From Pontibacter ruber (lineage in GTDB: Bacteria > Bacteroidota > Bacteroidia > Cytophagales > Hymenobacteraceae): a DNA stretch of 64,000 bases. Shown here one piece after another: positions 20,523 to 30,300 of the stretch; position 1 is the first letter of the stretch; each line of letters begins with the position of its first letter. The stretch spans positions 300,899 to 364,898 of the forward strand of contig NZ_JALPRR010000002.1 of assembly GCF_023630205.1 (NCBI RefSeq), written 5' to 3'. The notes under the pieces were generated by a model that did not search any database, was not told the DNA's origin, and was given only the letters and a program-made list of their open reading frames with translations. A program made the translations under genes and the position numbers.

Positions 20523-21320
20523 ATGAAGTATAAACACCTAATCACGCTCCTAATACTGGCCTGGTTTGTCACTTTTTCAGCCTCTGCCCAGGATGAACTG
20601 GAGGCTTACGAGCGCCGGCAGTTTGTGCACGGAAACGATACCCTGCCATACCGCATACTTTACCCGGAAAACTATAAACCCGATCAAAAATATCCGCTGA
20701 TCCTGGTGCTGCACGGGGCAGGAGAGCGAGGCCGCAATAACGAGTCGCAGTTGGTGCATGGGGCAAAATTGTTTTTAAAGCCGGAGTACCGGCAGCAATA
20801 CCCAGCCATCGTAGTGTTCCCGCAGTGCCCGCCAGAGGATTACTGGAGCAACGTAAACATCGTGTACAGTGCCGATAGCAGTAGCCGTACCTTCAACTAC
20901 CGTAAGGGTGGCAGTCCAACCCGATCGCTGAAGGCTGTTATGGAGTTGGTAGAAGAACTTGAAAAATTCGGAAGTATAGACAAGCGCCGGATGTACCTGG
21001 GCGGACTTTCGATGGGAGGTATGGGCACCTTTGAATTGCTGCGCCGCAAGCCCGACACGTTTGCAGCTGCCTTCCCGATCTGCGGAGGAGGCCACCCGGC
21101 CGGTGCCCGAAAGTATGCAAAGAAGGTTAGCCTCTGGGTATTTCATGGTGAGGAGGATGGTGTCGTACCTGTGGAGAAATCTACGGTAATGGTAGAAGCC
21201 ATCCGGAAGGCTGGGGGAGATGTGAAGTATACGGTGTACCCTGGCGTTAACCACAACAGCTGGGATTATGCCTTCGCGGAGCCGGAGCTTCTTTCCTGGC
21301 TTTTTTCACACCGGAAGTAA
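20523..21320 (+). CDS. secreted esterase (phospholipase/carboxylesterase or predicted-peptidase family alpha/beta hydrolase)
   Basis: 265 aa with a signal peptide. LILVLHGAGERG, GLSMGGMGT (GxSxG) and a distal HG motif. Confidence 0.7.
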   Translation: MKYKHLITLLILAWFVTFSASAQDELEAYERRQFVHGNDTLPYRILYPENYKPDQKYPLILVLHGAGERGRNNESQLVHGAKLFLKPEYRQQYPAIVVFPQCPPEDYWSNVNIVYSADSSSRTFNYRKGGSPTRSLKAVMELVEELEKFGSIDKRRMYLGGLSMGGMGTFELLRRKPDTFAAAFPICGGGHPAGARKYAKKVSLWVFHGEEDGVVPVEKSTVMVEAIRKAGGDVKYTVYPGVNHNSWDYAFAEPELLSWLFSHRK

Positions 21321-21464
21321 CCTGCGCCCTTTGCTTCCGAAGCTGCTGCTGGCCTTGATTTTTGCTGTCTTTCCGGCCGATGCAACGAGCGTGCGTATAA
21401 CCCTAAGCTGCCATTACGGTATATACCTGTACAGTACAGGCACCCTTACTAAAACTTAAGAACT

Positions 21465-22982
21465 ATGTTTTTTAGAAAGAATCATACAGAAACAGGCCCG
21501 GATGTGGTTTTGATCGGAGCAGGAATTATGAGCGCTACGCTTGGCATGATGTTGAAAGAACTGCAGCCTGAACTTACGATAGAAATTTTTGAGCGACTGG
21601 ATGTAGCAGCAGCCGAAAGCTCCGATGCCTGGAACAACGCCGGGACTGGTCATTCTGCCTTCTGCGAACTGAACTATACCCCCGAGCGGGAAGACGGCAC
21701 GGTGGATACCTCCAAAGCCGTGAAAATTGCGGAGTCCTTTGAAGTGTCCAAACAGTTCTGGGCTTACCTGATTCAGCAGGATCATATCACATTACCCGAG
21801 AATTTTATCCGAAGCATTCCGCACATGAGTTTTGTATGGGGCGATAACAACGTTAATTTCCTGAAGAAGCGACACGAGGCGCTTACCAAATGCCACCTGT
21901 TCAAAGGAATGGAGTATGCCGAGGATCCGGGGCAGTTGAGGGAATGGATGCCGCTCGTGATGGAGGGCCGTGACCCTGCACAGCCGGTAGCTGCCACACG
22001 CATGGAGATCGGTACGGATGTGAACTTCGGAGCACTGACGCGTTGCATGTTCGATCAACTGAAGAAGATGGACGGTGTGACCATCCACTTCAACCACAAT
22101 GTGCGCAAGCTGCGCCGCATGCCGGATGGACGCTGGCGCATAAAAGTGAAAGAAAGAGCAAGCGGCGATAAACGCAAAGTATACACCCGGTTTGTGTTCA
22201 TCGGTGCCGGTGGTGGTTCGCTGCCGCTGCTCATGAAGTCGGATATCCCGGAAGGAAAAGGCTACGGCGGTTTCCCAGTAGGCGGGCAGTGGCTCAAGTG
22301 CGTGAACCCGGCAGTTATTGAGCAGCACCAGGCCAAAGTATACGGAAAAGCTTCTGTCGGCTCACCGCCCATGTCGGTACCGCACCTCGATACCCGCTTT
22401 ATCAACGGCAAGAAAGAACTTCTTTTCGGGCCATATGCCGGTTTCTCAACCCGCTTCCTGAAAAACGGATCGTTGCTGGACCTGCCCCTTTCCATCAGTC
22501 CGACGAACCTGCGCCCGATGGTGGCAGCCGGTATCAAGAACATCCCGCTCACCGAGTACCTCATCAACCAGGTGCGCCAGTCAGAAGAAGACCGCCTGGC
22601 TGCGCTCCGCGATTATTACCCGAATGCAAGGGCCGAAGACTGGCAACTGGAGAATGCGGGACAGCGTGTGCAGGTGATCAAAAAAGACCCGCGGCATGGT
22701 GGGGTGCTGGAGTTTGGTACTGAGATGGTGAGTGCTGCCGACGGCTCGCTGGCCGCATTGCTTGGTGCTTCTCCGGGTGCTTCCACGGTGGTTTCCATTA
22801 TGTTGAGCTTGCTAGAGCGTTGCTTTCCGGATAAGCTGAATTCAGCGGAGTGGCAGGCCAAGATCAAGGAAATGGTGCCTTCCTACGGGCAGTCATTGGG
22901 AGAGGACGGGCAACTGCTGGAAGAGGTAAGGGCCTGGACAAGCGAAGTGCTGGGCCTGCGCCACATCGAAATGCTGCGCTAA
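21465..22982 (+). CDS. mqo: malate:quinone oxidoreductase
   Basis: 505 aa. N-terminal FAD fold [24 protein letters not shown] with Mqo-family conservation throughout. Confidence 0.88.
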   Translation: MFFRKNHTETGPDVVLIGAGIMSATLGMMLKELQPELTIEIFERLDVAAAESSDAWNNAGTGHSAFCELNYTPEREDGTVDTSKAVKIAESFEVSKQFWAYLIQQDHITLPENFIRSIPHMSFVWGDNNVNFLKKRHEALTKCHLFKGMEYAEDPGQLREWMPLVMEGRDPAQPVAATRMEIGTDVNFGALTRCMFDQLKKMDGVTIHFNHNVRKLRRMPDGRWRIKVKERASGDKRKVYTRFVFIGAGGGSLPLLMKSDIPEGKGYGGFPVGGQWLKCVNPAVIEQHQAKVYGKASVGSPPMSVPHLDTRFINGKKELLFGPYAGFSTRFLKNGSLLDLPLSISPTNLRPMVAAGIKNIPLTEYLINQVRQSEEDRLAALRDYYPNARAEDWQLENAGQRVQVIKKDPRHGGVLEFGTEMVSAADGSLAALLGASPGASTVVSIMLSLLERCFPDKLNSAEWQAKIKEMVPSYGQSLGEDGQLLEEVRAWTSEVLGLRHIEMLR

Positions 22983-23002
22983 TGCGCTGAGAAGTACAAC
23001 CA

Positions 23003-23059
23003 AAGTATAAACCCGCTGCACAGACCAGAATTAGGTCAGGTGAAGCGGGTTTATACTTT
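23003..23059. terminator. bidirectional terminator-like hairpin between convergent genes
   Basis: 16-bp perfect arms aaagtataaacccgct / agcgggtttatacttt around a 26-nt spacer. Both arms carry the abundant AAGTATAAA motif. Confidence 0.55.
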
Positions 23060-23112
23060 ACAATGCATGGTGTACTTGCCTGGTTATACTTGCGGATAGA
23101 TGCCGAAGCGCT

Positions 23113-23496
23113 TTACAGCACCAACTGTGCATGCAGTTTCTCGAGTGTGGCTGAGGCGTCCAAACACAGGCCCGGATGTACCGGCGACGTCTGCACCACC
23201 GTGCTGCGGGTGGCCGTAAGCCAGCGGAAACGCTCGGCTATACCTAGCTGTCCGATCGTTCCGCCTTCTTTGCGGCCCGCACAAATTTTCTCAAACGCAC
23301 GAAGTCGTTCCTGTAGCTCTTCCAAGTCTACATCACCAGCAAACGCACGAAGCCGTTCCTCGTTCAAAGCAAAACGGGTCTGCAAAAAGCCAAGGCTCCT
23401 GCAGTAAAGTATAACCCCGACATTCAGAAACTCTTCGCGCTCCACGCGTGGCACCACGCGGATAACGGCGTACTCAAATAAGTGCTTTTCTTGCAT
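23113..23496 (-). CDS. DUF3037 family protein
   Basis: The ORF track starts at a TTG at 23532. The ATG at 23496 gives MQEKHLFEYAVIRVVPRVEREEFLNVGVILYC, the conserved DUF3037 N-terminus. It overlaps the upstream HipA-like gene by 23 nt. Confidence 0.6.
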   Translation of the reverse strand: MQEKHLFEYAVIRVVPRVEREEFLNVGVILYCRSLGFLQTRFALNEERLRAFAGDVDLEELQERLRAFEKICAGRKEGGTIGQLGIAERFRWLTATRSTVVQTSPVHPGLCLDASATLEKLHAQLVL

Positions 23497-24274
23497 ACTG
23501 CGCTTCTTTGACAAAAATTTCTGAATGGGCAATTCGTATTTCTAAAAAATGAGCATAAGCCTGCCGGTGTTCCTCGGCTGTTTCAAAAGGCGACTCAGCA
23601 CCTTTAAGCCACGCGTCCGGGATAACGGACACAATGGATCGGATGAGCTCAGGCGTAAGTATGGCGCGGAATTCGGTATCCACCGTGTCGAGCTCGCCTG
23701 CTTTGGAGAGCAGCACGTGGTCTTTGATCTGGGCAAACGGGCGTTTTGCCTGTTCCTCCCAGTTCTGCCACGAGTGATGAAAGTACAGCGAGGCGCCGTG
23801 GTCGATTAGCCAGAGTTCCTTGTGCCACATCAGCATGTTGGTGTTGCGGGCGGTGCGGTCTACGTTTATCAGCAGCGAATCAAGCCACACGATTTGCGAA
23901 GCAAGCTGTGGGTCGATTGTGGTAACCAGCGCATCGAAGGTAATGGCACCCGAAAGGTAATGCAAGCCTAAATTCATTCCTTCACTGGCCCGAAGCAGGT
24001 CCTGTATCTCCTCGTCAGGTTCGGTGCGGCCAAAGGCTTCGTCGAGGTAACTAAAAACGATTTCCGGAACCCGGAAGCCAAGCGCACGTGCAATTTCGCC
24101 GCCGATGAGCTCTGCAATAAGCGCCTTTACGCCCTGGCCCGCACCCCGAAACTTGAGTACGTACAAAAACTCATCGTCCGCCTCTACAAGTGCAGGAAGC
24201 GAACCGCCCTCACGCAGCGGCGTGACATAGCGGGTAACCTGGACGGATCTGATTTCAGGTGGATTATACTTCAT
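23474..24274 (-). CDS. HipA-like kinase-fold protein
   Basis: 266 aa. The NVDRTARNTNML and LIDHGASLYFHH motifs resemble the HipA/PI3-4K-like catalytic loop (D-x-H/R-x-x-N) and activation segment. This family is conserved as a pair with DUF3037. Confidence 0.6.
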   Translation of the reverse strand: MKYNPPEIRSVQVTRYVTPLREGGSLPALVEADDEFLYVLKFRGAGQGVKALIAELIGGEIARALGFRVPEIVFSYLDEAFGRTEPDEEIQDLLRASEGMNLGLHYLSGAITFDALVTTIDPQLASQIVWLDSLLINVDRTARNTNMLMWHKELWLIDHGASLYFHHSWQNWEEQAKRPFAQIKDHVLLSKAGELDTVDTEFRAILTPELIRSIVSVIPDAWLKGAESPFETAEEHRQAYAHFLEIRIAHSEIFVKEAQYARKALI

Positions 24275-24403
24275 AAGTGCAAAATTCGGAATTTATTTCT
24301 CCAATGCCTAATGAGGAGAACTACCTGATACGTGCAGCAATGGTGGTGGGTAATAGATAGAATTGCTGCAGAACGCATTTCAGGAGGATGTGTAACAGCA
24401 TAC

Positions 24404-24465
24404 TTTATACTTGAAGATCCAATACATAAAGTATAAAGGTCAGTAGAGGGCACTTTTTATACTTT
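24404..24465. repeat. three copies of the 9-mer, two forming a perfect inverted repeat
   Basis: tttatactt gaagatccaatacata aagtataaa ... ttttatacttt, in the divergent intergenic region between the HipA-like and M16 genes. Confidence 0.75.
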
Positions 24466-24570
24466 AATAGTATGATTTAATCAAGTGTAAATTATATTTA
24501 TTATTGTAATCACCGTATAAGGCTCTGAGTTTATGCTCAACCATAGTAAGCAAACTTAAACCCCTGTCTT

Positions 24571-26016
24571 ATGTCTCAAAAACCAACCCGCTTAAAATCT
24601 TTACGTTACCCGCTCCTGGTGTTGGGCCTGGGGGTGGCGCTGGCTTCCTGCAGTCAGAAAACTACTGCCCCGGTAGCTGAAACAACGCCCGCAACCGAAA
24701 CAGCGGAACCCGCCACGCCGGCAACCCCGACCTACAAGGTGCCGGTAGATTATTATACTTTAGACAACGGTCTGAAAGTAGTGCTGTCGCCGGACAAAAC
24801 CTCGCCGATCGCTACCGTGGCCGTGTATTACAACATCGGTTTCCGGATCGAGCCGAAAGACCGTACCGGCTTTGCGCACCTGTTCGAGCACATGATGTTC
24901 CAGGGCTCGGAGAACCTGGGCAAGATGGAGTTCATCCAGCTGGTGCAGAAAAACGGCGGCATCCTGAACGGCAGTACCCGTTTTGATTTTACCAATTATT
25001 TCGAGATCGTACCGGCGCATAAACTCGAGACCATGCTTTGGGCCGAGGCCGACCGCATGAAGGGCCTCAACATCACACAGGAGAACCTGACCAATCAACA
25101 GGGTGTGGTCAAAAACGAGGTAAAAGTGAACGTGCTCAACCAGCCGTACGGCGGTTTCCCGTGGCTCGACATGCCGCAGTATGCCAACAAGAACTGGTAC
25201 AATGCCCACAACTTTTACGGCGACCTGAAAGACCTTGATGCCGCCACGTTGGAGGATGTGAAGTCCTTCTTCAAGACCTATTATGCTCCCAATAACGCTG
25301 CCCTTGTCGTAGTCGGCGATTTTGAACCGGAGCAGGCAAAAACCTGGATCAAGCAGTACTTCGGCAACCTTCCTTCAGCTACATTACCTCCTAAAGCAGA
25401 CCTGACGGAGCCGCGCCAGGAGAAGGAACAGCGCTTTACTAAAGATGATAAACTGGCCAACAAACCGGCGCTTGCTTTTGCATACCACATGCCCGAGCGC
25501 AACTCACCTGAATATTATGCCATGGGCCTGCTCGACCAGATCCTGCTGCAGGGCAACGACAGCCGCTTGTACCAGGCGCTGGTGCAGGACCGGGGCTACA
25601 CCGGCTCGGTAGAGGGTGGCATCAACTACCTGGGCAACATGTTCAATTACAACGGTCCAATGCTCTGGATGGGCAACCTCGTGTACGACAAGAATGTGGC
25701 AACCGACTCCATCGTTTCTGTATTGGATGAAGAGATACAAAAGCTGCAGCAGAATGGCATTACGCAGGAAGTGCTGGACCTGGCAATTGTAAAAATGCGC
25801 TCGTCGCTCTACGATCAGTTAAGCCAGATGTATGGTTTCAGCAAAGCCGACCTGCTGGCCACCTTTGCGCTGTTCGATGATAATCCCGGCCGCATCAACG
25901 AACTCGAATCGGAGTTCAGGAAAGTGACACCGGAAGTGATGCAGCGCACCATCCAGGAGTACCTGCGGCCTACCAACCGCACCGTTTTAGTTGTTAACCC
26001 TCAGGCAAAGATTTAA
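24571..26016 (+). CDS. M16-family zinc metallopeptidase (insulinase/pitrilysin-like), secreted
   Basis: 481 aa with a lipoprotein-like signal. HLFEHMMFQGSE contains the inverted zinc motif HxxEH. Confidence 0.85.
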   Translation: MSQKPTRLKSLRYPLLVLGLGVALASCSQKTTAPVAETTPATETAEPATPATPTYKVPVDYYTLDNGLKVVLSPDKTSPIATVAVYYNIGFRIEPKDRTGFAHLFEHMMFQGSENLGKMEFIQLVQKNGGILNGSTRFDFTNYFEIVPAHKLETMLWAEADRMKGLNITQENLTNQQGVVKNEVKVNVLNQPYGGFPWLDMPQYANKNWYNAHNFYGDLKDLDAATLEDVKSFFKTYYAPNNAALVVVGDFEPEQAKTWIKQYFGNLPSATLPPKADLTEPRQEKEQRFTKDDKLANKPALAFAYHMPERNSPEYYAMGLLDQILLQGNDSRLYQALVQDRGYTGSVEGGINYLGNMFNYNGPMLWMGNLVYDKNVATDSIVSVLDEEIQKLQQNGITQEVLDLAIVKMRSSLYDQLSQMYGFSKADLLATFALFDDNPGRINELESEFRKVTPEVMQRTIQEYLRPTNRTVLVVNPQAKI

Positions 26017-26019
26017 AGT

Positions 26020-27429
26020 ATGGCTACGAACAAAATACTCTCCTTGGCGCTAAGCGCTGTGCTGGCCTTCAGCACGACCATTGCCAGCGCGCAGAAACAA
26101 ACACCTCCGGCAGGTGGGGCACCTAAAGACTTCACGCTGCCGGAAAAACAGGAATTCGAGCTGCCTAATGGCCTTTCAGCTACCATGGTTCCGTTTGGCG
26201 AAATTCCGAAGGTAACCGTGCAGATGGTGGTGCAGGCAGGAAATGTGCACGAAACGGAAAAAGAGAATGGCCTGGCTGATATCGTGGGCCACCTGATGGA
26301 GGAAGGGACTACTACCCGCTCTGCAAAACAAATTGCCGAGGAAGTGGCACGTATGGGCGGTAATCTGAACATCAGCATAGGCCCGAATCAGACAATTATT
26401 TACGGATCAGCGCTAACAGAATATGGCCCGGATCTGGTAAGGCTGATGGCAGATGTGCTGCAGAATCCTTCGTTTCCGGAGTCGGAGCTGGAGCGTATAA
26501 AAAATGATTTTAAACGGCAGATGAACCTGGCCCGTTCGCAGCCAGGCACGCAGGCGCAGACAAAATTCCAAAGCCTGTTGTACCCCAACCATCCTTATGG
26601 CCGCAACCTTCCTACGGATGCCGAGATCAACAGCTTTAGCCTGGAGCAGGTGCGCAACTTTTACCAACAGCAGTTCGGGGCCGACCGCACAGCAGTATAC
26701 GTGGCCGGAAGGTACGAAGCAGGTGCCATGGAAGATGCCCTTAAATCTTCGCTCAGCAACTGGGTGAAAGGACCGGAACCTAACATCCCGATTGCCAAGC
26801 CGGTTACGAAGAGCACTATGGCTGTCATCGATCGGCCAGGCGCACCTCAGTCAACCATCGTGATCGGTTTGCCGGTTGTGGACCCATCGCACCAGGATTA
26901 TATCCCTTTAAGAGTGACCAACTCGCTGTTGGGCGGCTCGTTCGGTTCGCGCATCACCCGCAACATACGTGAGAACAAAGGTTATACTTACTCACCGTCC
27001 AGCTCCCTGTCGGCACGTTACCGCGTTGGCGATTGGTATGAATTTGCAGACGTTACAACCGAGCATACCGGCAATTCGCTCAAAGAGATCGTAAATGAGA
27101 TAAACCGACTGGGCAAGGAGCCACCGGCAGCCGATGAACTGGAAGGTATCAAGAACTATGAGGCAGGCCTGTTCGTGCTGCGCAATTCCACGCCGGACGG
27201 CATCATCAGCCAGCTCAACTTCCTGGACCTGCACGGGTTGCCTGAAACATTCCTGACAAACCAGGTGCAGAACATTCTTGCGGTTACGCCACAGCAGGTG
27301 CAGTCTTTAACCCAGAAGTATATCCGTCCGAAAGATATGACGCTGGTGGTAGTAGGAGATAAAAAGCAGATCGATAAACAGCTGAAGAAGTTTCAGGCAG
27401 ACCTGAAAAAGACAACGGTGCCGCAATAA
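26020..27429 (+). CDS. M16-family peptidase partner subunit (non-catalytic or divergent)
   Basis: 469 aa with a signal peptide. M16 fold (VGHLMEEGTTTRS) but lacks the canonical HxxEH. Starts 4 nt after the preceding M16 gene. Confidence 0.75.
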   Translation: MATNKILSLALSAVLAFSTTIASAQKQTPPAGGAPKDFTLPEKQEFELPNGLSATMVPFGEIPKVTVQMVVQAGNVHETEKENGLADIVGHLMEEGTTTRSAKQIAEEVARMGGNLNISIGPNQTIIYGSALTEYGPDLVRLMADVLQNPSFPESELERIKNDFKRQMNLARSQPGTQAQTKFQSLLYPNHPYGRNLPTDAEINSFSLEQVRNFYQQQFGADRTAVYVAGRYEAGAMEDALKSSLSNWVKGPEPNIPIAKPVTKSTMAVIDRPGAPQSTIVIGLPVVDPSHQDYIPLRVTNSLLGGSFGSRITRNIRENKGYTYSPSSSLSARYRVGDWYEFADVTTEHTGNSLKEIVNEINRLGKEPPAADELEGIKNYEAGLFVLRNSTPDGIISQLNFLDLHGLPETFLTNQVQNILAVTPQQVQSLTQKYIRPKDMTLVVVGDKKQIDKQLKKFQADLKKTTVPQ

Positions 27430-27449
27430 TCAGGGATCAGTTAGCAGTT

Positions 27450-27501
27450 ATCAGTAAACAGTAATCAATCGTTTTAACAAGTATGGTTACTGTTTACTGA
27501 T
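27450..27501. terminator. bidirectional terminator hairpin
   Basis: 15-bp perfect arms atcagtaaacagtaa / ttactgtttactgat with a 22-nt loop, between convergent genes. Confidence 0.55.
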
Positions 27502-27545
27502 TTACACTACCTGTTCAGGAAGTATAAAGTACAGCTAAAACATTG

Positions 27546-28025
27546 CTAACGCTCATTCCCTGCATCTTCAAAAACGACCATTTCCTTCCACAGCCGGTCA
27601 AACTCCACCAGGTAGGCCGTAACAAGGTCGCGCTGGTTGGTAACGAGCAGGTTTTCGTGGTTATAATTGGCGGCGCTGCGGGTCCAGTTGTAGCTGCCGG
27701 TCAGCAGGGCCTCGTTGTCGATGAGGGCGAACTTGTGGTGCATGTGGTTTTGTGTCACGTCTACCCGCGTCTCGATGCCTGCTGCTGCCAGCTCCCGGAT
27801 ATCCGATCCTTTGTCGAAGAGCTTTTCGTTATCGGTCAGGAGCTTTACCTCAATTCCGGATGCATGTGCCTGTTTTATAGCAGCCGTGATGCGGTCGTCG
27901 CTGATGGTAAACACGCAGATCTTGAGCGAGTACTCGGCAGTTGTGATGCTGTCGAGTATGGCGTTGAGGCAGTCGTTGCCCGGGCTGAAGCAGGCACGGT
28001 TGATTTGTTTGTTTAGTTCTTTCAA
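27546..28025 (-). CDS. phospholipase-D-family (HKD) nuclease, Nuc-like
   Basis: 159 aa. HHKFALIDNEALLTGSYNWTRSA contains the HxK(x4)D...N HKD motif of single-domain PLD nucleases. The called start is a TTG with no upstream in-frame ATG. Confidence 0.65.
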   Translation of the reverse strand: MKELNKQINRACFSPGNDCLNAILDSITTAEYSLKICVFTISDDRITAAIKQAHASGIEVKLLTDNEKLFDKGSDIRELAAAGIETRVDVTQNHMHHKFALIDNEALLTGSYNWTRSAANYNHENLLVTNQRDLVTAYLVEFDRLWKEMVVFEDAGNER

Positions 28026-28234
28026 AGGAAGAGAGATTATGTTCAGGGAATATACGCTTACGGTCTATTGCTGCAAGGCCAGTTCCGGACGGGCGCAGTG
28101 CTTTTAAAGGTATTGTGCTGAACCCACTTCCACCCGGAATCCGGCCATACTTACAGCAGTTTTGCCCGTAGAGTACTTACCGACGCTTTAACAGGAAAAC
28201 CGGCACCAGGAGCGGAGGGAAGCAGGCTTACCTA

Positions 28235-29308
28235 TTATACCTTGTAGCAGACCGCGTTGATGTTCATACCGGCACCCACGGAAGCAAACAGGATAATATC
28301 ACCCTGGTTGAGCTCGTGCTTCTCGTCGCGGCCTTTGCGCACAATGTCGTACAGGGTAGGTACGGTGGCAACAGAGCTATTGCCCAGGTAGTGGATGCTC
28401 ATCGGCATAATGTCTTCCGGAATATCGCGTCTGCCATAGAGCTTGTAGAGCGCCTGGATCATACCCTCGTCCATTTTCTCGTTGGCCTGGTGGATGAACA
28501 CTTTTTTTACGTCGCTGATGTCCACGCCGCACTTGTCGAGGCAGGCCTTCATGGCTTCCGGCACGAGTTTGATGGCATACTCGTATACCTTACGGCCTTT
28601 CATTTTGATGTAGCGCACGCGCGGGTCACCGTCCGGCATGTACGACTTGTTCATGTTGATGTAATACGCCTCGTCCACGCTGTGGCTTAAGGCACAACTG
28701 GCCAGTATGCCGCTGCCTCCGTCGGGTATCTCCTGGTATTCCAGTACTGAGGCACCGGCCCCGTCGCTGAAGATCATGCTATCGCGGTCATACAGGTCAA
28801 TTACGCGCGAGAGGGTTTCTGCACCGATTACGAGCGCCTTCCTGGCCATACCGGCTTTAAAGAAAGCATCTGCCTGAATCATGCCCTGCACCCACCCCGG
28901 ACAGCCGAACAGAATATCGTAGGCTACGCAGTGCGGGCTTTTTATTTTGAGATTATGCTTTACGCGGCTTGCCAGAGCAGGTACGGCATCAGATTGTATC
29001 GTTCCCTCGATGACATTGCCAAAGTTATGCGCCACGATGATCATGTCCAGTGTCTCCGGATCGATGCCACTGTCGCGGATGGCTTCTTCGGCTGCCAGCG
29101 TGGCAATATCGGAGGTGGTGAGGTGCGGGGCTACATAGCGGCGTTCGGCAATACCGGTTATCTTCTTAAACTTCTCCACCACCACCTGGGGGCAAACATT
29201 GATCGGGTTGTTGTCTTCGGTGTAAAAATTATGTTCGGTAAAATCCTGGTTGGTTTTGACCTCGGTAGGGATGTAACTGCCTGTTCCTGTAATAACGGTT
29301 TGCCGCAT
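28235..29308 (-). CDS. 3-oxoacyl-ACP synthase III (FabH-like KAS III) with an atypical N-terminal insertion
   Basis: 357 aa. Cys-His-Asn triad in LFGCPGW, FIHQANEKM and YLGNSSVATVP. An extra segment EHNFYTEDNNPINVCPQVVVEKFKK is not present in canonical FabH. Confidence 0.75.
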   Translation of the reverse strand: MRQTVITGTGSYIPTEVKTNQDFTEHNFYTEDNNPINVCPQVVVEKFKKITGIAERRYVAPHLTTSDIATLAAEEAIRDSGIDPETLDMIIVAHNFGNVIEGTIQSDAVPALASRVKHNLKIKSPHCVAYDILFGCPGWVQGMIQADAFFKAGMARKALVIGAETLSRVIDLYDRDSMIFSDGAGASVLEYQEIPDGGSGILASCALSHSVDEAYYINMNKSYMPDGDPRVRYIKMKGRKVYEYAIKLVPEAMKACLDKCGVDISDVKKVFIHQANEKMDEGMIQALYKLYGRRDIPEDIMPMSIHYLGNSSVATVPTLYDIVRKGRDEKHELNQGDIILFASVGAGMNINAVCYKV

Positions 29309-29477
29309 GATGTCTGGGTGCTAAATTGAAAGATAGTAAAGAGCCTGGTGTGAAATCACTTCTTCAACCATCAATATATTGAGTATGAAAATACATATCA
29401 AGTGAAAAGCGTAAGTATATGTTTATACACCAGTTTTATGATATCCCTTGTTAGCACAAGATAATAATGCAGGGCTC

Positions 29478-30128
29478 TCAGGTGGTATAGCTGCCGATCA
29501 CTTTTGCCAGCTCCTGCAAAAACAGGTGAATATGATAGCCATCCGCCAGTGCGTGATGCAGGCCGATGCTGATAGGAAGATATACCTGTTCACCACGCAT
29601 TTCAATTTTTCCATACCCGATCTTCGGCACGCCCGGGTCCTGCCGGTTCGCAGCGGAAGCATGCTCCATCCCTTTAAAAGTAAACCAGGGCAAGGAAGTC
29701 ATGTGCAACAGGTCATTGCCCTGGTAGCCGTTAAACAACTTCCTGCTCTTTTTTACTTCTGCTATAACCTGTGCGCCGTTCCCGCAAAAATCTTCCAGCT
29801 TTTCTATAAAAGGAAAGTGGGTGAAGGCAATCTGCATGTCATCTTTTAGGATGGTCGTAGACATGTCCAGTCCGCTGTAGCGGATCACCTGGCCGTTCTC
29901 AATGCGTAGCAGGAAGTTCCCGGTGTTGCGGGCAGCCTGGGTGGTAGCATGCATATAGCCAAGCGACACCGGCAGGCCCTGCCGCTTACAATAACGGTAA
30001 AGCGGCGTGATGTCTGCTTCGGTATGAACATTAAAAAAAGGCTGTGTGAAGGTGCTGAAAAAGCGATATGTCTCCTCCCGTTCCCAGCCTTCGATAGGTA
30101 TAATTTCTTTGGTGTAGCGTGTCTGCAT
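29478..30128 (-). CDS. chloramphenicol-acetyltransferase (CAT)-family O-acyltransferase
   Basis: The ORF track starts at a TTG at 30227. The ATG at 30128 gives MQTRYTKEIIPIEGWEREETYRFFSTF, a CAT-like N-terminus. Catalytic motif HHALADGYH matches CAT HHAVCDGFH. Confidence 0.72.
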   Translation of the reverse strand: MQTRYTKEIIPIEGWEREETYRFFSTFTQPFFNVHTEADITPLYRYCKRQGLPVSLGYMHATTQAARNTGNFLLRIENGQVIRYSGLDMSTTILKDDMQIAFTHFPFIEKLEDFCGNGAQVIAEVKKSRKLFNGYQGNDLLHMTSLPWFTFKGMEHASAANRQDPGVPKIGYGKIEMRGEQVYLPISIGLHHALADGYHIHLFLQELAKVIGSYTT

Positions 30129-30300
30129 AAGTATAAAAGCAGGTATAACCTGTAGCCAGCCTGTACGTGGCGGCTTTGAGGCGGCAAAGATAGTTGATTG
30201 TTGCAACTTAATTTTTCGCTCAGGCAAGTGTCATATATGCTTTGTTATAGATATTTTATTATATTTAAAGCAGATAATACATTTTGTACCACCTTTGCCT

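Noticed and set aside
20526-20534. Motif copy overlapping the esterase start codon (ATG AAG TAT AAA), and MKKLY / MKY N-termini elsewhere
   Set aside because: Coding copies of the 9-mer can arise from Lys-Tyr-Lys and Leu-Tyr-Leu codons. I did not count these as evidence for a promoter or RBS role, although they add to the total.
30129-30227. Long N-terminal extension of the CAT-like gene (TTG start at 30227) and similar TTG/GTG-initiated extensions at 18054, 23532, 30295, 33204, 39609, 48459 and 52010
   Set aside because: The ORF track uses alternative start codons. In each case an in-frame ATG downstream gives an N-terminus matching the family norm or a signal peptide, so the shorter models were preferred. 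The exception is 27546-28025 and 62546-63655, where no ATG exists and the TTG was kept at lower confidence.
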